DNA of 63,656 nucleotides, counting the filler, from Reclinomonas americana ATCC 50394 (taxonomy: Eukaryota): NCBI GenBank assembly GCA_048213135.1. It is 14 parts of 14 records of this genome, joined end to end, with 100 filler letters (N's around TTAATTAATTAA, not from the genome) between each part and the next. Parts side by side here need not be neighbours in the genome. Positions count along the whole stretch, not along the records: positions 9,568 to 12,733 come from AFZH01023773.1; positions 12,834 to 15,032 come from AFZH01023774.1; positions 15,133 to 26,452 come from AFZH01023776.1; 11 more parts are not named here. The stretch is one strand, 5' to 3'. Of the stretch, positions 11,917 to 23,900 are shown piece by piece. Position 1 is the stretch's first letter. Every line of letters starts with the position of its first letter. The position numbers and the translations under genes are program-made. The notes below the pieces were generated by a model, which was not told the origin of the DNA, did no database searches, and saw only the letters and a program-made list of their open reading frames with translations.

Positions 11917-12477
11917 TTACACTGCCGTCAGGCTCTTCATGAAGCCGGCGAAGCGCAGCAGCCCGTCCGGCCAGGGGCCGTGACCGGATTCGGTGTTGAG
12001 ATGGCCGCTGTCGCCGGCATCGACGAATTCCGAGCCCCAGGCATGCGCCAGCGCTTTCGCCTCGTCCGTCGTGCAATAGGGGTCGGTCGCGCTGGCGATC
12101 AGCACCGAGCGGAAGGGCAGGGTTTTTTGCGGGATCGCGGCGAAATCGTCGGCCATGCCGGGGATGGCCCGTTTGGCGCGCTCGGAAGCTGGCGCGACCA
12201 GGAAGGCGCCGGTGACCTCGTGGGGCTTAAGATGCTCGGCCGCATGCGCGACGGCGCTGCAGCCGGCCGAATGGGCGACTATGACGACCGGCTTGGTCGC
12301 GGCGCGCACGGCGGCGACGATGCGGTTCGCCCAGCCGTCGCGGGTCGGCTTGTACCAATCCTCCTGCTCGACGCGGCGGGCCGTGGGGAGCTTGGCCTCC
12401 CAGCGGCTCTGCCAATGGTCGGGGCCGGAGCCCGACCAGCCGGGAACGATGAGGATGTCGGTGTCGGAGGTTTTCAT
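11917..12477 (-). CDS. RBBP9/YdeN-family alpha/beta hydrolase
   Basis: ILIVPGWSGSGPDHWQ, nucleophile AHSAG, SATDPY, GHLNTESGHGPW. Confidence 0.92.
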   Translation of the reverse strand: MKTSDTDILIVPGWSGSGPDHWQSRWEAKLPTARRVEQEDWYKPTRDGWANRIVAAVRAATKPVVIVAHSAGCSAVAHAAEHLKPHEVTGAFLVAPASERAKRAIPGMADDFAAIPQKTLPFRSVLIASATDPYCTTDEAKALAHAWGSEFVDAGDSGHLNTESGHGPWPDGLLRFAGFMKSLTAV

Positions 12478-12486
12478 CGTTGTGGC

Positions 12487-12733
12487 TTACAGAAGCACGA
12501 CGCCGGCTGCCAAGGCGGCAGCGCGCAGTTGGGTGTCGAAGGTGGCGAGCGGCCGGCGCAGGCGGAGCGCCAATTCGAGATAGGCTGCATCATAGACCGT
12601 CAGTCCATATTGCAAGGCGAGAACAGCGCTCTGCCGTTGAGCGATCAGAGCGTCGGCCTCATCGGGTTCGACAGAGAGTCCTTCCAGTGCCTTGAGGAGT
12701 TCCGCTACCATTGCGGTTCCGATGCGGCCACGC
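12487..12733 (-). CDS. vapC: VapC-family PIN toxin (5' truncated)
   Basis: LALQYGLTVYDAAYLELA...PLATFDTQLRAAA is a typical PIN C-terminus. Confidence 0.88.
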
Positions 12734-12833
12734 NNNNNNNNNNNNNNNNNNNNNNNNNNNNNNNNNNNNNNNNNNNNTTAATTAATTAANNNNNNNNNNN
12801 NNNNNNNNNNNNNNNNNNNNNNNNNNNNNNNNN
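12734..12833. other. Artificial contig linker
   Basis: 44N-TTAATTAATTAA-44N. Confidence 0.99.
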
Positions 12834-13663
12834 GAGGCAGCATAGTGGCGCATCAGGAGCCAGACGACGACGAGCCCGACCGCCGAGATCAGGAATGCGA
12901 CCGCAATGAAGAGCGCAACCTGGCTGGGTCGCTCCAGCGCCGCATTGGTGACCCCGTCCATCGCCGCGATGGCGAAGATGAAGTACATCAGCACGCCGAA
13001 GCCATCGAGATTGGGCTTGAGCTCGCGGATGCGGGCCGCTCCGAGCCAGCGCCGGATCGCGAAGGCGACGACCATGCCGCCGCCGATGAACATCACCAGC
13101 CGCAGCGTCAGCGCCACCCGGTCGAGCGGGACGGCGGCCCCGGCCAGCCACTCGACCAGAAGCGGGGCGATGAGCGGGCTCGCGATCGTCGTGAGGATCA
13201 CGCTGGCTATGATCAGCGAGGGCTCGAAGCCGTAGAGGATCGCGACGGCCGGCGAGGACATGATCGGCGGCGCCGCCCCCATGATCGCGAGGCCGAGCAG
13301 CAGGCCGGGGTCGATGTTGTGATGGCCGACCAGCACGATGCCCGTGGCGAGAAGGAGGGGCGGGCCGAACATCAACCAGAGGCAGCTGTGGATGAGCTTG
13401 CCCGGCCGGCGCACCAGCCCGGCGATCACGCCCAGGTCGGCGCGCATGAACACGACCGTGGTGAAGCAGAAGATCGTGATCGGCAGGAGCGGGCGCGCCG
13501 CAGCCGAGAACTGCGGCAGAGCGAGGCCAAGGAAGATCGAGAGCGCGAAGCCCTGCGTGCCGTAGCGGCCGAGCAGAGCGAGGGCGGAGGCGAGGGCAGC
13601 GAACATCGAGACCGGAACCGCGAAACGGGGTGCCACACTGGCCGATCCGGAGGGCGGCGTCAT
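12834..13663 (-). CDS. Bile acid:Na+ symporter (BASS)-like membrane transporter, 3' truncated
   Basis: At least 8 hydrophobic helices; motif GLAIMGAAPPIMSSPAVA...LTTIASPLIAP. Confidence 0.75.
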
Positions 13664-13779
13664 CTGGGGCCGGCGCAGGGCGGCCAGCCGCCTGTGCGAG
13701 TGTCATATGCGGAAGCCGCACTGCCTGAACGAGTCCTTCCCGAAGTCCGCGCTGCGCGCAATCTGCGCTCCCGTTTGCC

Positions 13780-13919
13780 GCAGAAAATTGTGCGCCAATG
13801 CTCACTTTGATCGGAATTACTGCTTCAGTGCATCACGGAGTGCAGAATATGCGAAACTTTTCCCATTCTGCCGCAATATTCCACACAAGAGCTGACAGCG
13901 TCGCAGTCGGCGCTATTCT
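13780..13919 (+). promoter_or_regulatory. Four phased pseudo-palindromic operators plus a sigma70-like promoter of the dadA-like gene
   Basis: 13-mers with AT cores start at 13780, 13811, 13842 and 13872 (spacing 31/31/30), followed by CTGACA(13892)-16 bp-TATTCT(13914). Confidence 0.6.
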
Positions 13920-13951
13920 TGCCTCGGGGAAGGCTGGCGGAGTCATGTCGA

Positions 13952-15032
13952 ATGCGTACGGACGCGATCGTTGTTGGGGCGGGCATCGTCGGGATTTCGG
14001 TGGCGCTGCATCTGCAGAAGGCGGGCCGCTCGGTGCTGCTGGTCGATCGCGGCCAGCCCGGCGGTGAGACCAGTTATGGCAATGCCGGCCTGATCCAGCG
14101 CGAGGGCGTCTACCCCTACGGCTTCCCGCATGATTTCGGCGCGCTCATCCGCTATGCGATGAACAACACCATCGACGCGCATTACCACTGGAACGCGATC
14201 CCCAAGCTCGCGCCCTTCCTGTGGTCGTACTGGATGCATTCGCGCGCCTCGCAGCACGAGGCGATCGCCCACAAATATGCGACGCTGATCGAGCATTGCG
14301 TCACCGAGCACGACGCGCTGGCGCAGGAAGCCGGCGCGACCGATCTGCTACGCCGCAAGGGCTGGATGAAAGTCTTCCGCACGCAAGCGCAGCAGGATGA
14401 ACGGCTCGCCGAGGCCGAGCGCTGGAAGCGCGATTACGGCTTGAACCATCGCGCGCTCGGCCCCGAGGCGCTGCGGGCCGAGGAGCCGCATCTCGATCAG
14501 AGCCTGATCGGTGGCCTGCACTGGACCGACCCGGTGACGGTGATCGACCCGCTCGGCCTGTCAAAGGCCTATCTTGCGCTGTTCGAGAAGCTCGGCGGCC
14601 GCTTCGCCCAGGGCGACGCCGGCACGCTCACCCAGGACGGCGATCGCTGGAGCGTGACGCTGGCCGACGGCACCAAGGCGCTCGGCACCGATGCGATCGT
14701 CGCGCTCGGCCCCTGGGCCGACGTGCTGACCAACCGGCTCGGCTATCGCCTGCCGCTCGCGGTCAAGCGCGGCTACCACATGCACTACAAGCCGCTCGGC
14801 AACGCCGTGCTGAATCATCCGGTGCTCGACACCGAGCGCGGCTATTTCCTGGCGCCGATGCGTCAGGGCGTGCGCCTCACCACCGGCGCCGAATTCGCCA
14901 ATCGCGGTGCGCCGAAGACCCCGGTGCAGCTCGCTCGGGCCGAGCCGATCGCCAAGACGCTGTTCCCGCTGGGCGAGCGGCTCGATGCCGAGCCCTGGCT
15001 CGGCAACCGGCCGTGCACGCCGGACATGATGC
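13952..15032 (+). CDS. FAD-dependent D-amino acid dehydrogenase (DadA-like), 3' truncated
   Basis: Rossmann AIVVGAGIVG, ETSYGNAGLI, VALGPW, KRGYH, PWLGNRPCTPDM. Confidence 0.9.
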
Positions 15033-15132
15033 NNNNNNNNNNNNNNNNNNNNNNNNNNNNNNNNNNNNNNNNNNNNTTAATTAATTAANNNNNNNNNNNN
15101 NNNNNNNNNNNNNNNNNNNNNNNNNNNNNNNN
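15033..15132. other. Artificial contig linker
   Basis: 44N-TTAATTAATTAA-44N. Confidence 0.99.
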
Positions 15133-15159
15133 CAAAGAAACGGCACTCATTACGCACAT

Positions 15160-15570
15160 TCCGGGATCGGCCGCCCACGCAGCAATCGCCTCCTCAAAGT
15201 CGCGCTTCTTTGGTGCCTCCGCTGCTCGCGTGCTGGTGGCACTCGTCGTCGTTGTCGTCACCACAGCCGCAGAGGACGCCGACGGACGCAGCGAGGCCGA
15301 GCGCGCCAAGAACGTCGACGGAAGTTGTGCTTGTTGTTGTTGTTGATCGTCATCATCACCGCCTTCGGTGGCGATCACGGCGCCGCGGCTCGCGCGGCGC
15401 ACTGACGTGGCGACGCTCTTGACGAGTTCGTGGCCGGTGGTGGAGAGGCGAGACTCGGAGTCGGCAAAGAGGACCGCGGAGGGCGGCGACCGCCAACACC
15501 GCCGGCGTCGGGCTCGCCGGGTGGCACTTGGCCGGGAATAGAGTCGACGCACCCGGGCGTGCTGCTCCAT
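15160..15570 (-). CDS. Low-complexity exon of a hypothetical eukaryotic protein (partial)
   Basis: GC-rich open frame ...GGDDDDQQQQQ...KKRDFEEAIAAWAADPG. No family recognised. Confidence 0.3.
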
Positions 15571-16119
15571 ATGCTGCCGCGGCGGGAGGAGGGTGAGCCG
15601 GAGGGTGGGAGGGCGCTCATCGGTGAGTTGTCTTCTCTCGTCGAATGGGTGAGAAAAACGTGTACAACAATTGTGGTGGGTTTACAGGCGTTTCTGGCGG
15701 GTAAAAGGATCGATTTGTTTCTTTGCGACTTGAAGAGAGAGGGAGAGAGAGGGAGAGAGAGAGGGAGAGGATGAGGGAGAGGGCAGGAGGTGCATGAAGT
15801 TGAGCCTACGTTGTTGTTTGTGGATGGATGAAGACATGCTGGTGACTAACGATGTTTTTCTGATCATAACTTCTCCGACTTTTTCCACCCCGCCATGTGC
15901 GCTTGATATCGCAGCATGAAAGCAGCAGTCCTTTTTCTCGTCGCAAGAGACATTAATTTAATATCCCAGTCGCACGAGAAAAACCTGTTCGACTGTTGCT
16001 GGAATTTCTGCAAGAGTCACCACCACGGCTCGCGACAAAAAATGATGGCCATGAAACCAAACTCGAACCAGGAGTGCGCGAAGGCAACAAGAGACTCTAC
16101 AAACGCTGACTTCACTACA

Positions 16120-19100
16120 TCACATTACTGAACACCCACGCTGGTGTGGACAAATTTCGGTTGCGGCTTGATCACGACGGCGTCGGCACTCGGCCAGCCA
16201 CTTAATAGCCTGCACTGTCTTCGGATGCTCTTCTCCAAACATCGCTCGTCGACCATCCACACACTCCACCCGTAGTGCCTCTGCCTCGGCCCATCGTTGC
16301 TGCTTCGTGAGCACAATACTGAAGTTATACATTGTCGCCAATGTTTGTTCATGCCTGTCACCCAGCACCTCTCGATATCCCTCCAAACAGTGACGGTACA
16401 AATCAGCGGCTTCTGCCAGCGATTCGCATGTATTTTGTTGATAGACAGAAACAGCAAGATTGCCCATCGAAGCAAGAGTGTCAGGATGCCGATCTCCCAG
16501 AGCAGCTCGCTGCAACTGCAGGCATTCCCGTTCCAGTCGAATCGCTTCTTCCAGTCGACTGCCATCTTTGATACATAAAGCAACAGCTCCCATGGACATC
16601 AAAGTGTCTGAATGCTCAGCTCCAAGAACCCGTCGTCGCATCTCCCAACACCGTCGGAAGAGTGCCTCAGCATCAGCATACTGCTGTCCAAGATAGTGGT
16701 GCCAAGCCTGCTGATGCAACGTCGCCAGCGTGTCCGGATGGTACTCACCCAGTGTCTCACGCTGCCGCTCGTGACATCGCACCAGGAGCGGCAACTTGCC
16801 AGAATAGAAAGCCAACCGCATCAAGCAGCGGAACGCGTCAATCCTATCCAACACAGTCATCACGGCACTGTCACCTTTCTTCCGTTCCAAACACAAATGC
16901 CACGCCTGTTGCCACGCAGCCTCACGTTCATCCCACATACGAAGCATCTCAAACAACCGCGCTCGACATCTCGCCACGACCACGGCGAGCCGTCGCCGCA
17001 CAGGACTCCTACCGACGTCAGACCTTCCAAGATGTTCACACTCTGTCATACGTCGCACCAGCAACGATGCCACTGATTCGTCGAAACCGACCGTAGGCAG
17101 TCTTCCCAAGGCACATTGCTCACCAATCCACTCCACCGCCCCACACTGCACCAGCAAGCCATTCACACCAACCACATCACTCGCCCACATGTCGTTATCC
17201 TCACCTAACCGTCGCCACACTATGTAAAGCACACTGAGCAAGTCTCGTGACACGAACAGCACACCGTCACTGTCATTTCGATCAATGCCATTCAGCACCC
17301 AGCACACCAGTCGCACGATCAGTCTCCGCCCCCGTGACACTGCATCCCCGCACCGTCCCACAATCCACCCAGCAATCTCGTCGTGCACTCGATACTCCAC
17401 TGCCTTCCTGCCACTCTCCCCCACATGCTCATCACACAACACACGAGCCACACTGTCCATGCTGCCACTGACACCCACCGTCACCAGATTCGACGAGCAC
17501 AGACCCTCCAGCACGTCCTCCACTCCTTCATCACAACCACCACCACCAATCACCAACTCATCACGCCGTGAACGTACTCGCTGCTCCTCCTCCTCACTAA
17601 TCTCATCAAATTGCAGTTGCTCGCCCACAACCTCGAGCGCACGCCGTCGTCTCTCCTGTGCCAGCTCATGCAATCGCAGTCGACGCACACACTGGCCCAA
17701 CTCCACCAGTCGACTTGCCGCCTCCTCATCTTCATCCACTGCCGCCTGCTCACCATCACCACCACTCGCAGACATCCTCATATCGGGAATTACTCGCAAC
17801 ACACCATGCGCCACTCGTGCGAGTGCCAATGTCACTGGTAAGCCGAGCTCCTTGCACGCCGTGATCAGCACCAACAGACGACGTGCTGCAGCTGTCTGCG
17901 ACATCACATTGCGTTCCAGCAGCTGCGACAGAGCATCGCCACCGATGCCACTCAACGCCTCCTCCAATCGTACTCCCACCAGCTGTGCTGGTGATTGTGA
18001 CAACAGCCAGCTGCATGACGAAGAAGAAGAGAAGAAGAACAGTGAGTCTTCTCATCCGCACCACTCACTCTTGCTCATACACTCACCCAACACAAGCACT
18101 CACTCGCAGTGCACTCTTCTCCTGCTGTCCACCCTCCAGTGCCTCCACAATCCGTCGTCGAACATCCCCCGACACCTTGTGGAGCAGCCGCTCCTCCACC
18201 AGCTGCACAATATCCCCGTTCTCCACACTCTCCACTCGCACACACTCCACCTCCGCCTCGTGCATCATCGAGTCGCGTATCTCATCCGCCACTTGTCCAT
18301 GTCGACTCGTCACCACCACAATCGGTGCCACCATTCCACCTGCATGGAGATACGCACATGATGCATATCAAGTCAGGATCCAACATCCAATCAAGAATGC
18401 GAATTCTCTATCATGACAAACGCACCCTCATCAGCACACTGAACGACCGTCCTCACTTGCTCCGCCGATCCCACATTGTCCAGCACCATCACTCCGCTCG
18501 ATGAGTGTATCAGCTGTTGCAGAAGACGATGTGCTGGCTCCACCTCGCCACTCGCCAGCAGCGCATCCACTTGATTGGCCATCCTCCGTCCCTCCACTTC
18601 GTCCACGCGCATCTGCGCCGACACAAAGGCACGAAGACACTCGCCAAGGGCACTCTCCGCCTGCGCAATGTGGCAGGGAGAGAGAGAGAAAGAGTCAGAA
18701 GGAGTGACGCAACATGAAAGACATTATGCATGTTCTTCAGCACACCTTCACATGCTCCCTCGCATCACCCACATGACCACGCATCTCCACCGACACGGCC
18801 GATCCCTTCCATCGACGGGTCGCCTGCAACTCGGTCACCAGCAGCTCGGCCAAGAATGACTTGCCAGTGCCACCATCGCCCGTCAGCACCACAATGATTG
18901 GACGATGTGCTGTGCAAGTAACATCCACCACAGACAAACATGATGAGACACATGAATGTGGAGAAGGAAGGGAGAAAGAGAATGAACACCCAACCTTCCA
19001 CAGCATCCACGACGCGCGTGGCAAGTGAGGCTGCCATTGCACGACGACTCGGGAAGCGGAATGTGGTCACTGGATTGACGGTGCGGGCGATGAGTGGTGT

Positions 19101-20357
19101 CATGGATGGGTGACTGCTGTCTGGTGCTGCGTGTCACAGAGAGAACAAGGGTGAGAACAGCAATGCACATTGAATGCAGATCTATCATGGAGCGCACCTG
19201 CAGCTGAGAAAGAAGAGGGAGAGATGCTCATCTGGTCGTCTGCTTCGTGCACTTCCATTAGCATCTGGTCAAGCACAAGCAAGTGAGAAACAATTAGCCA
19301 TCTGCAAGCGACCGCCCTCCCTCATGCATTCTCACTCAACTTGCTCCACATTGGCCGCTATCGATGCCTGGTCTTCTTGACTCAGCGGAACTGCATTCAC
19401 ATACAACCAAGACAGCATCAGCTTCCACATTCAACCAAATCATCCACACACTCAAGCGCCAGTTATCTTTCTCTCCGCCACTCACCATCACGAGCCTCGT
19501 TCAGCTGCACCACCAATTCCTCCCCCACATCCCTGCCAATCTGCAGTCGCCGCACAAGCTGGTGCAACTCGCCCTCTCCTCCTCCGGCACCGAGCAGAGG
19601 CGCAAAGAGTGCACGAGCTCGTGCGGGACTCGCCTGCTCAAACACCTCCTGCAGTCGCTCAATCGCATCGCGCTGTGACAACAAGAGAGTGAGAGGCATG
19701 ATCACACAGAGAGGGAGATCCCACTCTTCCTTCCTTCCCATCCCCTTCCCATTCTCAACACACTCACCACATCACCAGCTGGAATCAGACGATCCGGCTC
19801 GTCTCTCGGGTGCTCTCGATGACCCGCCAACAGCAAGATCGAACAGCACAGCATCGCATCAAACGAACTGCAGTCGTGCAGCTGGCCTCGTTGATGCCAC
19901 TCGCGCACCAGCTGACGCTCCTCCTCGTTCAACTGGACACACATGTCCACTCCATCCGGCATGGTGCTGTATGTGGGAAGAAGGCACAAGGAAAGACAGG
20001 TAGTTAGTGAGTGCGACAAGAAAGAGAGGGGCATTCATCAGGGATAGAATGCGGAGTAGTGTGGTGAGACAATGAAGAGTGTGAGAATGGGGAGAAGGGG
20101 TGACCAGTGCAGTCACCAGCTGCATTGGCCTGTGGCTCTTCTCTCTCATTCACATCTCCATTCTGCATCTTGACAGTGTGTGCTCCCATATCCTCCCCAC
20201 ACACTCACCGCACATCACGCTCGCTCGGCGCCTTGCACCACTCGGCAACATGATTCACACCGGGATACGAATCGAGAAACGCCGGCAGCACTTGCTCGAG
20301 TTTCGATTGCAGAGCGCGGGTGCATGGACGAGACAAGGCATTGGCGAGGCGCATCAT
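16120..20357 (-). CDS. NLR-like STAND protein copy A: N-domain + NB-ARC + TPR repeats, multi-exon (start uncertain)
   Basis: Walker A VVLTGDGGTGKS (~18870), Walker B VMVLDNV (~18480), IVVVTSR, GLPVTLAL, YRVHDEIA (MHD-like), five LGxxHPDTL-type TPRs. Ends ...RGCSVM*. Confidence 0.85.
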
Positions 20358-20922
20358 GCATTCTTCATCACCACCATCGTGATGATGACTGTGTGAGAGA
20401 AGAGAGGAGGGGAGAGAGAGAAGGAACAAATCAGACACAATGTGAGAATGATGATGATGATGAATCGAGACAACAACACAATGAGAGAGACACGCAACTC
20501 ACGCGGCACTCCACTTCCACTCGCCATGATGATGCGTCACAACAAGAGCAACAACAACAGCACGCTGACAGACGCACAGGGGAATGACTCTCTCTCTCTC
20601 TCTCTCACAATATAAGAAGCGGAGAAATGCAACAGCTCCCTCTCCTTCTCCTTTCTCTCTCTTTGCACACGCAGTGGGGAATGACACTGAAACAGAACAG
20701 AACAGGGAACAGGCAAGCTCCTGCTCACACGCTGCCCTTATTTACACAATCCTGGGACAAGACTTCGTCGGAGTGAATGCGGGCTCACAAGACAGGAACA
20801 GAATGTCGCCGTGGAGGGAGACTTGTTCTTGTATGCACACTGTGCCATGACACACGTTACAGTGGAGACTGATAGTCAAGACGAAACGTCGAGAGATAGT
20901 TTGAGCGACAGAGAGGTCAACT

Positions 20923-23900
20923 TCATTGTAACAGCACGCCGGCCCTTCTTGCACGCCGTCGGCACCTCGCTAACCACTTGATGGTATTCAACGTGTCCGG
21001 ATCCTCTTCACCAAGCGCCGCTCGCCGACCATCCACACACTCCACCAGCAGTGCCTCTGCCTCGGCCCATCGTTGCTGCTTCATGAGCAAAATGCCGAAG
21101 TTGCACATCGTCATCAACGTGCTCTCATGTCTGTCACCCAGCACCTCACGATGTCCCTCCAAGGACTCACGGTACAAATCAGCAGCTTCTGCCAGTGATA
21201 CTGGTGTGTTCTGGTTCTCGAGAGAAAACGCGAGATTATTCATCGTATTGAGAGTCTCTGGGTGCTTGTCCCCCAGCGATACTCGCTTCAACCGCAAGCA
21301 TTCTCCGTCCAGTTGCACTCTCTCCTCCAAGCGACTGTCGTCTTGGATACACACGGCAACGTCGCTCATTGACACCAGTGTATCAGGATGCTCAGCACCA
21401 AGAACATGTGCCTGCATCTCCCAGCACCGTCGATAGAGTATCTCTGCAGCAGCAAACTGCTGCCGCCTGTAGTGGTCTACGCCCTGGTTATACAGCGTCA
21501 TAAGCGAGTCCGGGTGACTCTCACCCAGTGCCGCGCATTGACGCTCATGGCACTGCACCAGCAGTGGCAAGTTCTCTGAGCAGAGAGCAATCCACATCAA
21601 GCACCGCAGTGAGTCAAGTCTGTCCAGCACTGTCATCTCGCCAGTGTCATCGCTCTCCCTCTCCTCACATAAACACCACGCTTGCTGCCACGCCGCTTTG
21701 CGCTTATCCCACTGAAAAAGCATGCGATGCAATCGTGCTTGACACAATGAGGCCGCCATGGAGAACCTTCGTCGCGTTGGACTCATCTCAAGATCGCCAA
21801 CTGCGCGTTCTTCACATTCCGTCACAAGTCTCACAATCGACGAGGCTACAGTTGCACCAAACCCACGTGGCGGAAGTTCTCCACTGCAACACAACCCAGC
21901 CATCCACTCCACTCCTCCGAATTGTACAAGCAGCCCATTCACACCAACAGCATCCTTCGCCCACATGTCGTCATCCTCGCCCAATCGTCGCCACACTGTG
22001 TGAAGCACACCGAGCACGTCACGTGATATTAACAACTTACCATCGCTGTCATTCCACAGATCAATGCCATTCAACACACAACACACAAGTCGCACGATCA
22101 GTCGCTGCGCCCGTGACACTGCACCTCCACACCGTTCAACAATCCGCTCAGCAATCTCGTCGTGCACTCGATACTCCATCACCACGTTGCTCTCCCTCAC
22201 TTGCTCACCGCAAAGCACACGAGCCACACTGTCCATGCTGCTACTGACACCCACCGTCACCAGATTCGACAAGCACAGACCCTCCAGCAAATCCGCCACT
22301 TCTTCACCAACACCACCACCTCCCACCAATTCACTACGCCGTGCACGCACTCGCTGCTCCTCCTCCACATTCATCTCGTCAAACTGCAGTCCCTCACCCA
22401 CCACCTCCGGTGCACGTCGTCGCCTCTCCTGTGCCAGCCCATGCAATCGCAGTCGACGCACACACTGGCTCAACTCCACCAGCCGACATGCCGCCTCCTC
22501 ATCTTCTGCTACTGCAGCCTGCCCACCACCACCATCACCACCCACAACCACCGCCACATCGGGAATCACTCGCAGCACGCCCAGCGCCACTCGCGCAAGT
22601 GCCACTGTCACCGGCAAGCCGAGCTCCTTGCACGCTGTGATCAGCACCAACAGACGACGTGCTGCAGCTGTCTGCGACATCACATTGCGTTCCAGCAGCT
22701 GCGACAGAGCATCGCCACCGATGCCACTCAGTACCTCCTCCAGTTGCGCACCCACCAGCTGTGCTGGCGATTGTGACAGCAACCAGCTGCATGACGAAGA
22801 AGAGAGAAGAGTGAGTCTTCTCATCCGCAGGCCACTCACTCACTCACACTCACTCACCCAACACAAGCACTCACTCGCAGTGCACTCTTCTCCTGCTGTC
22901 CACTCCCCAGCGCCTCCACTATCCGCCTTCGTACGTCCCCCGACACCCTTTGCAGAAGTCGCTCCTCCACCAGCTGCACAATGTCCTCGTTTTCCACACT
23001 CTCCACTCGCACGCACTCGACCTCCGCCTCATGCATCATCGAGTCACGGATCTCATTCGCAACCCGCCCATATCGACTCGTCACCACCACAATCGGTGCC
23101 ACCATTCCCCCTGCACACAGAAACACACACGATGCACATCAAGTCAGGATCCAACATCCAAGCAAGATTGAGAATTTTCTCTCACATGACAAACACGAAC
23201 CCTCATCAGCACATTGAACAACATTCCTCACTTGCTCAGCCGATCCCACATTGTCCAGCACCATCACTCCACTCGATGCATGCATCATCTGCCGTAGGAG
23301 ACGGCGTGCTGGCTCCACTTCGCCACTCGCCAGCAGCGCATCCACCTGGCTGGCCATCATGCGTCCCTCCACTTCATCCACTCGCATCTGTGCCGTCACA
23401 AAGGCACGCAGACACTCGCCCAGAGCACTCTGCGCCTGCAGCATGGCGAGGAGAAAAAGAAGGAGTCAGCATGACAACAGAAAGAGATGACACAACGCGA
23501 AAGACAACATGCATTTTCCCTCAACACACCTTCACATGTTCCCTCGCATCACCCACATGACCACGCATCTCAACCGACACAGCCGATCCCTTCCACCGAC
23601 GGGTCGCCTGCAATTCGGTCACCAGCAGCTCGGCCAAGAATGACTTGCCGGTTCCACCATCACCCGTCAGCACCACCATGAATGGATGGTGTGCTGCGCA
23701 AGAATCATCCACCACAGACAACAAGATGAGAGACACACGAATGTGTGGTGAAGGAAGGGAGCAGGACAAGAAACACCCAACCTTCCACAGCATCCGCGAT
23801 GCGCATGGCGAGAGAGGTTGCCAGTGCACGCCGACTTGGGAAGCGGAATGTGGTCACCGGATTCACGGTGCGGGCGATGAGTGGTGTCTTGGGTGGGCGA

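Noticed and set aside
7510..15132. Bacterial HGT island inside a eukaryotic chromosome
   Set aside because: Every boundary is an artificial linker and the genes are truncated at contig edges.
16120..16800. Kinesin light chain or nephrocystin-3 annotation
   Set aside because: Only the TPR type is shared; the upstream NB-ARC motifs and tandem duplication indicate a STAND protein.
22064..23560. 498-aa plus-strand ORF and other long antisense ORFs (17285-18361, 53681-54688, 62255-63445)
   Set aside because: Shadows of recognisable genes on the opposite strand, with no motifs of their own.
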